64,000 bases of DNA from an uncultured Gemmatimonadales bacterium (GCA_963821525.1 CAWGED010000005.1:128001-192000); one strand, 5' to 3'. Positions 42,753-54,203 are shown, counted from the first letter of the stretch. Notes: generated by a model not told the origin, from the sequence alone. A program made the numbers and translations.

Positions 42753-44199
42753 TTATGCAACTACCGCCCCGCTCCCCCGCGGCGACCAGACCGCCTCTCC
42801 ATCAATCCCCTCAGGTACCGGCACATCGAGCCACTCCAGCATGGCGGGGAAGAGATCCACCGTCCGGAGCGGAGTGACCAGTCCCGGATGGCTGGACCAC
42901 GCCGGCGTCTGCATGTGCGCCCGGAACATGCTCCCGTGCCCCGACTTGTGCTCCGGCACTTCGTAGCGCTTGCGGAAGTCGTATCCCTCGTTGGCCACGA
43001 CCAGCAGATCACCGGTGCGGGAGGCGCGGAACTGGTCGAACAAATGGAAGGGAGCGTCGGGGAACGGTGCGTCCCAACACACCTCGAGCCATTCCCGCTC
43101 ATCGGCCACCCGATCGAAGCCTAACGCCAGGGGATCTCCGGTCAGCCGGCGATAGCCGATCTGTCCGTCTTCTTCCCGTGGTGAGGTCGGCCTCGCCTTC
43201 GGCACCGACGACTCGCAATCCACCCTCGACTTCTCCCGCCACGAACGCCACCGCGGGTTCCGCTGCGAGCCGAGCAACAATGTCAAAGCTCGTCTCGAAC
43301 GTCTTCGGATCACGCAGTCGGGAGAGCGGCCACCGTTCGGCTCTGCTCTCGTTGGGTCGCGCGTAAACCATCGCCGAACCGTTGCCCGCCACCATCACCG
43401 CAGCCAGCGGGTCACGCTCCCAGATGATCGGATGTGACATCGTGCGCACGCCCTGGGCCCGGAACCAGTCGGGCAGGTCGAGATGGGTGTGCACCACGGA
43501 AGCGCCGTGGTCACTCACCACGAGAATGAGGGTGTCGTCCAGCTCACCTCGGGCGCGGAGCCGCTCGCGCACCCGTCCCACCGTTTGATCCACCAACCGG
43601 AGGGAACGACGCACCTTGTCGCTGTCCGGCGTGGTCTGGTGGCTGTACCCGTCCACCGCGGGGAACTGGGCGAAGATGAAACGCCAGCCGCGGTCTATCC
43701 CCCGCAGCAGATGCCGAGTTACCGCGTCGTCCGACGGCTGATGCCACAGCGCGTAATGGGCGACGGCACCCCAGAACTTCCGCTCTCCGCGAGAAGGGTC
43801 TCGCTCTTCGGTCAGGCCCTTCGCCACCGGCGTGAAGATGCCGAGGCTCTCGGGCACCAGCTCGAAGATGGAGCGTACTCCGGGAGCGATGTCTTGATCG
43901 AGCCTCGGCGCCTGGTAGCCGCAGTAGCTGCGTACCGCCTCACGGTCTTTCCACCAGCGACCCTGGTAGCGACTGCGGTCGAGCCAGCGAATCGAGGGGA
44001 CGTTGCACTGACCGGGAGTGCAGCCGGTGAGAAAGGGCAGGTAGGCGACGCTGGTGGTCGAGGGGAACGCCGTGATCGCGCGCGCCGAAGAACCCGTGGC
44101 GAGCATGGCCTGGAGAGCAGGGAGCTCTCCGGCGCCCAGCATCGATTCGGCGAGGTCGGGCCGAAGCCCGTCTACCAGCAATAGAACGACTCGGTTCAC
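42753..44199 (-). CDS. Alkaline phosphatase superfamily / nucleotide pyrophosphatase-phosphodiesterase (frameshift near 43175)
   Basis: VDGLRPD, FPSTT, DGYSH, SDHG, GHG. Confidence 0.88.
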
Positions 44200-44211
44200 G
44201 TCTCTTCCTTG

Positions 44212-44257
44212 TGTATTGAATACGAACAGCCGCCGCTGTATTGAATACGAACAGCCG
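44212..44257. promoter_or_regulatory. Tandem 21-bp repeat containing a GTATTnAATAC palindrome (putative operator)
   Basis: TGTATTGAATACGAACAGCCG at 44212-44232 and 44237-44257, in a divergent intergenic region. Confidence 0.55.
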
Positions 44258-44410
44258 TCCAGAATTCTTTCGGTCGAGGACGCACCAGATCGCTGAGACA
44301 AATTAATCATCTGAACGCGTCGTCGGGAGACTTGCCCCCGACTGTGTATGTGTCTAACTACCGTCGCCCCCGATAAAGCCATGCGGCGGTAGCCCTGACT
44401 TGGAGACTCC

Positions 44411-45450
44411 GTGGACCTTCGCCCTCGGTGCCTTATTGGTTTGTTGTGCCTGTTGCCTGGCGTGCTCGCAGCCGCCGAACCCACCGGACCGGCTCCCACG
44501 CTCAGCCTCGTGGTGGATCCGATTCGCCATGAGATCACGGTGACCATCGGGCCGTTCGATGTTCCTGCGATGCCTTCTGGAGTTGACGGCCACGCGGCGC
44601 ACGAGCACGTCATGCCGCGGTACAGCGAAGAGTTTATTTGGCCGGTGAACGGTTCGGCCGCGGCTTCACGCTCCAGTTGACCGATAGCGCGGGTCACGCC
44701 GTCACTCGCCGGGCACTCCATCATATCGTGATCGAAAACAAGGGACGTCGCCAGCTCATGATGCCGGTGTCGGAGCGGCTGCTCGCCGCCGGCCGGGAGA
44801 CCGGCAACCTGATGCTGCCCTCCAGCATCGGACTGCCGCTCGCGATCGGCTCGCCGATGAAGGCAGTGACAATGTGGCACAACGAGACCGGAGCGGACTT
44901 GAAGGGTGTCACGCTTCGGCTGGTGATCCGCTACATGCCGCCGAGCCAGATGCCGCGGCCGCTTCCGGTGCTGCCCTTCACTTTCGATGTCGAGGACAAG
45001 ATTGGTCTCCCGAACACATTCGATATTCCGCCGGGCCAATCGGAGCGGAGCCGGGACTTCGTGATGCCGGTTGACGGCCGGGTACTGGGCGTGAGCGGGC
45101 ATATGCACGACTATGCGGTCGCACTCAGGCTGGAGGACGTAGCCACCGGTAAAGTGGTCATTCGCCTGCCGGTGCGGACCGATTCGGGCGGCAAGATTCT
45201 CAATGTCCCGATCAAGTACTATGGCATCGTGGGAGACGGACTCCGGTTGTACGGCGGCAAGCGTTACCGCCTGGTCGCGGTCTACAACAACCCCACGGCG
45301 ACTACTCAATCCGGCGCGATGGCGCATCTGGATGGTCTGCTGAGTCCCACGAAGATCAGCGCATGGCCGGCGGTGGGATCACCCGAGATGGCCTACCAGG
45401 ATGCCCCCGACACGGTCAAAGCGACGGCAGAGGTCCATCAGCATCATTGA
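44411..45450 (+). CDS. Secreted PHM-like (copper type II monooxygenase fold) protein (frameshift near 44655)
   Basis: Signal peptide; LHH, GHMH, YNNPT...GAM, matching CuH/CuM ligand spacing. Confidence 0.65.
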
Positions 45451-45502
45451 CGGATCCGGACGCCGGATAGGCTTGGCAGACCGGGAATGGGTCCGGCTCA
45501 GG

Positions 45503-45777
45503 AAACACAGAGGCACAGAGGGCACAGAGGGCTCCGACCGAGCCCGGTCGCCTCGTAATCAATATCACTGCGTGGCTTGCCGCGAAGCCGTTCTCCAGTC
45601 TCCAGCTTCAACACAAAGAACACAAAGAGCGCGAAGAACACGAAAGAAAAACTCTTGATGTGAATTCGGCTGGGCCTTCGTGCTATTCGTGCCCTTCATG
45701 TTGAATTTGGGAGCCTTGGAACGGCTTCGGGGCAAGTGACGCAGCGAAACCTCTGTGCCCTCTGTGCCTCTGTGTTT
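45503..45777. repeat. Nested inverted-repeat (MITE-like) element
   Basis: Perfect 28-bp IR at 45503-45530 / 45750-45777; inner imperfect IR at 45607-45646 / 45676-45705. Confidence 0.85.
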
Positions 45778-45817
45778 GCTTTTTGAACTGAAATGCAGTA
45801 GCAGCCCGACCAAAGAC

Positions 45818-45845
45818 GAAGGGCCGTCCAACGGGACGGCCCTTC
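45818..45845. terminator. Terminator-like hairpin after the coiled-coil gene
   Basis: GAAGGGCCGTCC / GGACGGCCCTTC stem. Confidence 0.65.
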
Positions 45846-45916
45846 TTCATCTATCTCCGCCTCACCCGACCTGACCGCCCTGCTCGCCCTGTCCGCCATC
45901 TGCCCTGTCCGACTCA

Positions 45917-48535
45917 CTACCTGTCCATTGCCTCGTCTCCTCGCTTCAACTCCGACAAGGCACCACGAATCCGGTCGGCCATCCGGCGTTCCTCTCTCAA
46001 TGTGGCGAGAAGCGATTCGGCCTGCTTCGCTTCCAGCGACAGAGAGTTGGCCTGCTCGAGGAAGTAGTCCACCTGCGACTTCTGAGACAGCAGTATCTCC
46101 AGCGCGCCGCGCAGATCGGTCATCAGGGTGTCGGCGTGAGCCAGACGCTCTTCGGCCCGGTCCAGCTGGCGACGCCGGTCAACCAGGGTCTTCATGACGC
46201 CATCGCTGTCGTCGAGCTTGGCGAGTATCTCGTCGAGTGCGATCCGAGTGGTCGCGATTTGAGGCTGAGCCTCTGCCACGGCACGCGCATCCTCCTGCAC
46301 CAGTTCGATCTTCTCGTAAAGCGCGCGGATCTCCGACTGGAGCGCGGTGACGGTCAATTGGCGCGACGCAGCCTGCTCCATCGCGTGCGCCAGCTGCTGC
46401 TCCACTCCCCGCCACTCAGCGAGCCGAGCCTCGAATCCCGCGATCTTTTCCGGCACGATCTGCAGCGCGCTGGTGCGACTCTCCAGCTCGCGGGAGAGGG
46501 CATTGAGCGCGGCGAGGCGCTCATCGGCCTGTCCCAGTGACTGATCGATCTCCCGCGCCCGCTCGCCCAGGGTGGCCGCGGCGGCGGCGGCGTCCTGCCG
46601 CAACGAGGTCGCGCGATCAAGATGCTCAGTCGCTTTGCGGAGGGCGTTCTGTCGCTGATCCATGTCGCGGGACAGTTCGCGCATCCGCTCGGATAGCTCC
46701 CCCAGATCTTTGACCTCTCCCTCGAGTCCACCGACCGATTCCTTCATCCCGTCAACTCGCTGTTCCACTTCCCGCAGGTCCGCGCTGAGGCCCAGGAGCT
46801 GGCTGCCGGCGCGGCCCACCTCATCCAGCCGCGGAATGATGGTGCCGAGATGATTCTCGGCGGTGTCGAGCCGCTCGGTCAGACCGCGGGCTCGCTCCTC
46901 CATCGCGGCACTCAGCCCGGCCGCTTCGCCGAGCCGCCGTTGGACATCCTCTACCAGGCCGCGACGGGATTCGATGGCGTTCATGCTCGCGGTGAGCTGC
47001 TCCACCTCCTGACGGAAGGTGTCCACCGTCGAACGCATCTTGTCGAGGCCGGCCACCTCGTTACGCAATCCCCCGACGCTGCGTTCGGTGTCGGTGAGCC
47101 AGCTCCGGGTGTTGTCGAGCCTGCCTCGGGTCTCGGTCAACTCCTCGCGAGCCTCGCGCAGCTGCTCCAGCGCCTCGCGGATTGCTTCCTGGGTGGCGCT
47201 CATCGAGCCGAGGTCTTTCATGGCCCGTTCCAGAGCAGGTCGCGCTTCCTCGACGCGACAGGTCCGCTCCGTCAGACCGTTGATAGCTGCCTCGAGCGTC
47301 ACGAGATCGTTCAGGCCGGCGTTGACTCTGGTCCCCAGTTCCGAGAGACGGGCCAGCTCAGTGCCCAACTGGCTCACTTGCGCGGCGAGACTGTCGGCTC
47401 GGGATGCCGCTCCGGCGATGGCCTCGGTGCCAGCGGTGAGGTCGGACAGCCGGTTCTCGTTGTCCGCCAGCGCTCGCCGGATTTCGGCGACCCGATCGGT
47501 CACGCCGTCCACGGTTCGCGACTCGTACGACATCCGCTCCACATGCTGGTCGAGCGTCTGGCGCAGCGCCGCAAGGGTCCGCTCTGCCGCCGCCACTCCC
47601 GACTCTACCCGGCCCATTCGATCCACCGCGACGCCGCTCTGGTCGTGGAGGGTCTGGTGTCCCTCGCTCAGCCCTTCGAGCTGGGTCCGCAGCGCCGCCG
47701 CGGTCCGGAGCATCTCGGCCTGCTGCTCCAGCCCGGTATCTGCCCGCTGCATCAGGTCGGTCAGGTGCTCGAGCTTGCCGGTGGCGCGATCGATCTGCTC
47801 CCGCTGCTGCTCGAGGAGCTGCACCTTCTGCGAGATCGTGTCGGTTGTCACCTTGGCGGCGGCGAGCTGACGCCGGGTCTGCGCCATGGTCTCGGTGACC
47901 GGTGCGAGATCGCCGAGGAGCTGTTCCAGCCCCGCGATCCGGTGCTCGGTTTCCGTGATGGTGCGGGTGATCCGCTGCCAGTCTCCCTCGAAGCTCTCCA
48001 GCCTCGATGTCGCCGTCCGGTAACCGCCTACCGTGGTCTCGTGCTCGCTCCGGACCTTGGCCATCTCGTTCCTGAAGTTCTGGCTCTGGGTCTGGAGCTC
48101 GTCCATTTCGCGGCGCATGTCCCGGAAGGGCTGCTGCATGGCGAGGAAGCCAGATAGCTCTTCCTTGAGCCGCAATGTCGCGGCGACGGTCTCCTCGATC
48201 GTCTCGGCCTGGGTACTGACCGCCTCGATCCCCTCGGCCGTCTCGGCGAGACCCGAGGCGAGGCGATCGTAGGTTCCGGTGAGCTTGCTGACCTGGAGTT
48301 CCGCCGCGCTGATCTTGGGCGGCAGCTGTTCCAGCCCGTTTAGTTGCTTCTCCAGCGCGCTGACCCGTTCTCCCAGGGTGCCGAGTCGCTGCAGCTGCGC
48401 GATCGACCGGTCGGCATGCTGAACCAGTCGCTCGAGGTTGGTTTGCTGCGACTCAAGCCGCTCAACGAGCTGGCGCAGTTCGGGAAGCTCCTCGGTAGAA
48501 CCGTTCCTGCGGAGATTACGGAGAAAGGTGGCCAT
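45917..48535 (-). CDS. Large coiled-coil protein (872 aa)
   Basis: Uninterrupted L/E/R/A/Q heptad pattern; no Walker motifs, TM segment or signal peptide seen. Confidence 0.85.
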   Translation of the reverse strand: MATFLRNLRRNGSTEELPELRQLVERLESQQTNLERLVQHADRSIAQLQRLGTLGERVSALEKQLNGLEQLPPKISAAELQVSKLTGTYDRLASGLAETAEGIEAVSTQAETIEETVAATLRLKEELSGFLAMQQPFRDMRREMDELQTQSQNFRNEMAKVRSEHETTVGGYRTATSRLESFEGDWQRITRTITETEHRIAGLEQLLGDLAPVTETMAQTRRQLAAAKVTTDTISQKVQLLEQQREQIDRATGKLEHLTDLMQRADTGLEQQAEMLRTAAALRTQLEGLSEGHQTLHDQSGVAVDRMGRVESGVAAAERTLAALRQTLDQHVERMSYESRTVDGVTDRVAEIRRALADNENRLSDLTAGTEAIAGAASRADSLAAQVSQLGTELARLSELGTRVNAGLNDLVTLEAAINGLTERTCRVEEARPALERAMKDLGSMSATQEAIREALEQLREAREELTETRGRLDNTRSWLTDTERSVGGLRNEVAGLDKMRSTVDTFRQEVEQLTASMNAIESRRGLVEDVQRRLGEAAGLSAAMEERARGLTERLDTAENHLGTIIPRLDEVGRAGSQLLGLSADLREVEQRVDGMKESVGGLEGEVKDLGELSERMRELSRDMDQRQNALRKATEHLDRATSLRQDAAAAAATLGERAREIDQSLGQADERLAALNALSRELESRTSALQIVPEKIAGFEARLAEWRGVEQQLAHAMEQAASRQLTVTALQSEIRALYEKIELVQEDARAVAEAQPQIATTRIALDEILAKLDDSDGVMKTLVDRRRQLDRAEERLAHADTLMTDLRGALEILLSQKSQVDYFLEQANSLSLEAKQAESLLATLREERRMADRIRGALSELKRGDEAMDR

Positions 48536-48718
48536 CAGGCGTTGCTCCTCGATGGATGCGCGCGCGACTGGAGAGTGCCGGTGGATGACCGGCGGGACAT
48601 TCCATCGTAGGAAGGCTCAAGAGCCAGCGCTAGACTGGCAGTTTGCGCGAGCGAAGGCGAGTGTGGCGCGAATGTGTGGCGGGAAAAACTGTGGCGAAAG
48701 CGCGGCGGCGGAAAACAT

Positions 48719-48751
48719 TCACCCCGCGGCGATAGGATGCCGCAGGGGTGA
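48719..48751. terminator. Hairpin downstream of the Cys-rich gene
   Basis: TCACCCC-GCGGC / GCCGC-A-GGGGTGA. Confidence 0.5.
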
Positions 48752-48795
48752 GTAGGAAGTGGACGGTGTAAGACTTTTCGACTCTTCGGAAGGGA

Positions 48796-50149
48796 TCAGT
48801 GCACCGCGCAGCATCCCTGAGCGCACCGAACCCAGAGCTGCTCGTCATTTTCGTCCCACTTCCACCGTGCCGTTCCAGGGATATCGACTGGGTTTCCGTT
48901 CAGGTCCTTTACTCCGGCGTGGTCCGTCCGATACGCGCATTTGTACTCAGTCGTACCATCTGGCCCCACAATCTTTGCCCACCAGTTGCCGTCCCACTTA
49001 CCGAAATCACAACTGGGTCGGCCTCCATCAGGGAAACAGGTATTCTCGTTGCTGGTGCACAAATAGATCTGTGTCAGCGGTTCCAGCGTCGTCCCGTGAG
49101 GCAGGTTCCCCTTATATAGGTTCAGATGTTCCCGGTACTTCGACATCGGAGCTTCCAGGGCTACCTTTGCCACCGGTATCCAAACGTCCTGGAAGGAGTT
49201 CGTGTTGTCCAAGTCATCGAGTCCGGGGTCGGCTATGATGGTGCCCTTGAATGCCGCAGGGATCAGTTTGCCATTTACGTCCAGTTGTCCCAGTCTCTGT
49301 TCGTCGTACCAGCCTTTGATCTCGAAGACCCTCCGGTCCTTATCTGACGCCCCAGGTTGCAAGCGATAGTCATCCGAAGGGGCAAAGGCACTCACAAAGG
49401 GGTCGGTAACCTCGCACCATCTCTTGTGGCAGCCGAGACCGATGTAATGCGTGTGTCCATCCCAATCCCAGCGGCCAACTGCTGGGTAGTTACCTTCGCC
49501 GAGGCCAGTGCTGGAGAACGACACGTTGAGGGCCTTCCCTCTGGTGAGGGTATCAGGCCGTGCCGGTCTGGTGCAGGTGTAGGGATCCTCAACGGGAACC
49601 ATTCGCGCCGTATAGCCGCCAACTGTGGGAAAGAGGAAAAGGCAATTCCATCCCCGTTCAATCCCGAGGGGTCGGTAACCCTGGGCGCTTCCCGCGGGTT
49701 CCGGCCATGCATAAATCTCGGCGAATGGCAAGCCAGTTCCAGTAGGAAGAATTGGCGCTGGCAGGCTTGGGACCCCCACTATCTACGAGCTGCTGCGAGT
49801 CCCTCAGTTGCATGTTGATGGGAGGCAGTTTAGCCAGGGAGTCCGGAAGTCGATCCAGCACATCCGATACCCAAATTCCCACGAGCGCACCGTACTTGTT
49901 CGGGTCCGAGAGCGAGATCAGTCGCTGGCAATCATGAAACTCCGCGATGGGCGTGGTCTCCCCGGCCAATGGCACGATCGAGACAGCTGTGTCCCCGCTA
50001 GCCACCGGGGGGAGCTTCACGTCATGGTCGGGGCAATCGTAGGCGACCGCAGGGGAGACCCCAGTGCATCGTGCGCAGACGATGATGAGCACTGCCACCA
50101 CGATCATCAACCCGCCCCCCGACAACCACTTCAGCGGTTTTCCGTCCAT
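48796..50149 (-). CDS. Cys/Trp-rich exported hypothetical protein (frameshift near 49780)
   Basis: AGGAG RBS, N-terminal hydrophobic helix, many Cys, ends WVRCAQGCC. Confidence 0.7.
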
Positions 50150-50273
50150 GGGTTCTTCTCCTGGTTAGGATGCAGCATTTGCTGCACGTGACTCCGGACT
50201 GATTCACCCCGCGGCGATCCTCGGTATCCACAGTCACTAGCCGAATGTTCGGCTGGCCTCGACTCGGTTTCTC

Positions 50274-53200
50274 TTAGGTCGTCAAGCGCGCGAGTTTCCG
50301 GACGCGTGGCTGCAAAAAGCTGTCAGCATTCGACCAGAGAATCACAACCATCCTTGCCCACTGGGCGGCCGCCGTCTTGTCCCCAAGCCGAGACGCGAGC
50401 TCGGCTCGAAGAGCCATCGTCCGCACCAGTGCGCCGGCTGGGACCGGATCCTCGAGTATTCCCGGGGCGATCCCAGGCAAGGCACCGAGGGTCGGATCCA
50501 CCCATGCCACGGCTCCACGCAGATCACCCAACTCCACCAGGAGACAGGCCTCGGGGTAGAGAGCGTCCGAACGCCCGTTCAGACGGCGGTATGGACTGCC
50601 TCGTCTTTCGCAGATCCTCGAGCATTCTGCGCACCGAAGTGGTGTCCCCGCTCTGCAACCACGCCAGGCCGTCCAGCAGGTAGTCGCCACTTCCTGCAAG
50701 ATCGTGGATCGCAGTCAAGAGAAAGTCAGGAAAGGCGAGGGTTGCAGCTCTTGCCAACCAGGCGCTTCGCACCCAACCTCCGATCCGTTGCGGGCACGGC
50801 GTTCTCGATTGCGCTGGAGACCCGAGGCTCCAGCACCTTGAGGCTGTCCGGTGGCCCCCCCATCGCCGCGAAGATCAGCAGGGCAGGGGCGGCATCGGAG
50901 AGCACTGGAGCAACAGTCCATTGTTCAGCGAAGGCAGAATGCCGGCTTAGCGAGGCGGCCAGATTCGCTCGTCCGGTAAGGGCAGCCAGGCTGGAGTAGA
51001 GCACCGAATCGGGCCCATCCGGGGGAGGCGCTCCGTTGAGTAAAGAATCGGCCAATCGTCGAGCGACTGCTGAGCCCAGTCGGGTTCGGATGGGATCGAG
51101 AACCGCACGCGCGCCCAAACCTCAGCCGAGGCCAGGCGAAGCCGACTCCTCATCCCGAGTCGCCAGCCTTCTCGCTGAGCGAAGGGTATCGAGCGCGGCC
51201 GGGTTGCCCAGCATGGTGAGTGAAACGGCCAGTGCCTCGAGCGCCACGCGCTTCGGGGAAAAGCTGCCGCCCATCCTGTTCGCGATTCCGTGGAACAATT
51301 CACGCTCGTGCCGCACCGCCTCAGCTGCAGTACTGCTTTGTGCCCACGCCTCCATCAGGCGATTGCAAGCGGGTAGGGTCGAAATGCCAGCGAGTCGCCC
51401 TCCCAAGTCGGATAGGCCACAAACGCGCCGGTATCAGGAGCGATCGCGTGACCGCTTCTCAGGTCGGTGACACTCGGTGTAGAAAAGCTGGCGTACCGAG
51501 AGGAACGATCTGGGGCTGAGCGCTCGATGGATGGAGGGCAGCAGCTGAAACGCCCGCTCATAGGCTTTCAGCGCTGAGTGGTAACTGGTGCGGAACCGCC
51601 AGCCCGACGGGCTCCGGCTGTCGCGTAACACCGCATCGTCATTCGTCAGACAAATGGCCGAGCCGTACCACACCACGAAATCGTCCGGTTCTCGACGCGT
51701 GAGACCTACCCAAAGCGGACACGCGGTAGCCAGATCCCCCGCGCCTGAGTGAGAATCGCCCCTGCGATTGCCTGGTCACGGGCTGACAGTCTGGCGCGGC
51801 CCGCGGCTGCCTGCTCTGCGGCGTAGCGCCACCTCGCTGGCTCAGCGCCGGCCCAGGCCCGCACCAGGGCCAGGCGCAGATACGCTTGTGCGAACCGGGG
51901 ATCCGCCCCGGTAGCAGCGGTGAACGCCGTATCCGCACCGGCAAGATTCCAGGCTTGGATCGCCCGCTCACCGCGGGCGTAGGCTTGCCGGGCGGGAAGC
52001 GACAATGATCCGACAGAAACTCGATGCTCGTTCCCGTCGGACGCTTCGCGCAGCAGCAGGCGCCACCGAGTAAGGTGAACAAGGAATCCACCCCAGCGAG
52101 TGAAGGGGGGAGTTTGATCGTTCCCTCGCTGAGCTGCTTCCCACCATCTGGTACGTCGTACAGCGTGGCGTGTACCCTAAGCGAGTCTCCAGCCCTGGAC
52201 ACTTCGCCGCGGACCAAACGGCCTGCGCCCAACTCAGTCGAGAGTTTGACCGCCTCCGGGCTCGTCAGCGAGGCAGTTCCACGCCGGTCCAGTGCATCAC
52301 GAACCTGGAAATGATCCACCACGCTGAGCCCGCTCCATCGCGCCAGCGCATCGTGCAACAACTGCTCTTCGTTGATGGACTGGGTAATGCCGCTCTGGTA
52401 CTCCATCGGCAGAATGGCGTAACGCGTCGTGTCCGGAAGGGTGGCTTCAGGAGTTGGTGGCCTGGCGGCCAATACACCAGGATCAGGATGACAGCGATCA
52501 GAGTCAGCGCCGCCACCGAGGCGACGCGAATGACCTTCTTTCGGGGTGAGACGCTTGGCCTTGGAGCGGCGACGGGTCCTTCGAGTGCCGCCGCAAACTC
52601 CGCGACATCGGTGAACCGCTGCGAGGGGTCCAGCGACAAGGCTCGCTCGAGCGCAATCTCAATCGAAGGTGACACGTCGGAACGACTGGCACGGAGCGCG
52701 CGACGAACCGAAATGGGGCCGCTAAGGTGCGACGGCGGGGAGCCGAGCAACATCTCGTGAAGCACGCAGGCGAGAGCGTACTCGTCGGCCCTGCCGTCCA
52801 CCGTGGAGGTGACGTGCTGTTCCGGAGCCATGTAGGCCGGGGTTCCGACTGCCAGGCCGGTGGCGGTGAGCTGGTCCTCGGTCATCTTCTGCCGCACTGC
52901 CCGCGCGATGCCGAAGTCCGCAATGAACGCGTGACCGCTCGAGAGCAGGATGTTGGCTGGCTTGATGTCGCGATGGACGACACCATGCTGGTGCGCGTAG
53001 GTGAGTCCCGCCGCCACCTGACGGGTGAGACTCAGTGCCTCGGCAAGGCTGGGGATCGGAGGGTGGGCGAGCCGGTCCTTCAGGGTTCCACCCTCGACGA
53101 ACGGCATCACATAAAACAGCCTCCCGAGTGCCTCGTCGGAATCGTAGAGCGGGAGGATGTTGGGATGGGTGAAATGCGCGGTGACTTCGATCTCCCGCAG

Positions 53201-53383
53201 AAACCGCTCGGAACCTATGACCGAGGCGATCTCATGCCGGAGCACTTTGAGTGCGACGGAGCGGCCGTGCTTGAGTTCGTGGGCCAGATACACCGTCGCC
53301 ATCCCGCCCCGTCCGAGCTCGCGCTCGATGCGGTAGCGGTGAGCGATGGCGGCCCGAAACGCCTCAAACGGGTCGTTGTTCAC
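50274..53383 (-). CDS. Ser/Thr kinase with TM and TPR-like C-terminal region (multiple frameshifts)
   Basis: ELGRGGMATV, HRDIKPAN, DFG, GTPAYMAPEQ, TM helix, YAILP. Confidence 0.85.
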
Positions 53384-53468
53384 GAGGGCCTGCCCGGAAC
53401 GGGCATTCCCTATCATGGAGGCCGGGGAAGGGGCCCGCAAGCACGAGCACTGGGGCCGAGAAGCAGTG

Positions 53469-53497
53469 AGGCCCGGCCGCATGGTGCGGCCGGGCCT
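53469..53497. terminator. Hairpin next to the duplicated tRNA-Pro end
   Basis: AGGCCCGGCCGCA / TGCGGCCGGGCCT stem. Confidence 0.65.
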
Positions 53498-53508
53498 TCA
53501 CTTAGTAC

Positions 53509-53555
53509 ATCGGGGCGCCCGGATTTGAACCGGGGACCGCCTGCTCCCGAAGCAG
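53509..53555 (-). repeat. att-like duplicate of tRNA-Pro(CGG) 3' half
   Basis: 47 bp matching 54838-54884 with one mismatch. Confidence 0.92.
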
Positions 53556-53562
53556 CCGCAGT

Positions 53563-54078
53563 TCAGTCGTCCGAGTCTTCCCGGTCAGGCGGAGTGACTT
53601 CGACTGGTGTGCCTGCTCCGCTCCCGACCTGCGCGTGCGCCTCGGCGGCCCGATAGCGATACACGAGCTGGCCGCCTGAGTGGCCCACCAGCGTTACGGC
53701 GACCAGGAGCCCGAGGGCGCCAGCGGACGTGGCAAGCCGTGCTGCCGCGCCGAGCCGGCCAGGAAGCATGCCCGCCCCGGCGAGGAGCAGAACTCCACCG
53801 GAAAGAGCGAGGAACCGTTCCGCCGCCTCCTCGTGGCTCTCGAGCGGCGCCTCTGCCACCGTGCGTTCGACGCGCTCCTCGTCGGCTTCTCCCGTCTCAA
53901 CGGCTAACCAGGAGCTGCCGCTCAGGGCAGCGGCGGTCGCAACGGCGATACCCCAGACAGGGCGAGTTGCCCCACCTCGACGAATGCGCCAAAGTGCGGC
54001 GAGCGCGACGATGGGCAGCAGAAAGGCCAGCACGATCGGGAAGTGAACGACCGCGGGGTGCAGCGGATCGGGCAACAT
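53563..54078 (-). CDS. DUF2231-like membrane protein
   Basis: PLHPAVVHFPI, TGE, HEE, GHSGGQLVY. Confidence 0.8.
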   Translation of the reverse strand: MLPDPLHPAVVHFPIVLAFLLPIVALAALWRIRRGGATRPVWGIAVATAAALSGSSWLAVETGEADEERVERTVAEAPLESHEEAAERFLALSGGVLLLAGAGMLPGRLGAAARLATSAGALGLLVAVTLVGHSGGQLVYRYRAAEAHAQVGSGAGTPVEVTPPDREDSDD

Positions 54079-54203
54079 CACTTGCTCCAGTTTGAGGTTG
54101 TCCGCATGGTGCTGGTGCAGCCGCGCTCGCGCCATCCGATATTCGACGTAGAATGGCGTCCAAGCGGTATTTTCCAGCACATCCGGCAAATGACGGAGTT
54201 TCA

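Noticed and set aside
44212..44257. Possible CRISPR array
   Set aside because: Only two 21-bp copies with a 4-nt gap; no spacers and no cas genes
44200..45327. Long N-terminal extension of the phosphodiesterase ORF (43099..45327)
   Set aside because: It is the antisense shadow of the PHM-like gene; the family motif starts at the GTG at 44199, which has an RBS
46850..48157. Long plus-strand ORFs opposite real genes (also 10006..11361 and the minus-strand 36286..37536)
   Set aside because: Antisense shadows typical of high-GC codon usage, with no recognisable motifs
48660..48712. Three TGTGGCG copies upstream of the coiled-coil gene
   Set aside because: Short, irregularly spaced and plausible by chance in GC-rich DNA
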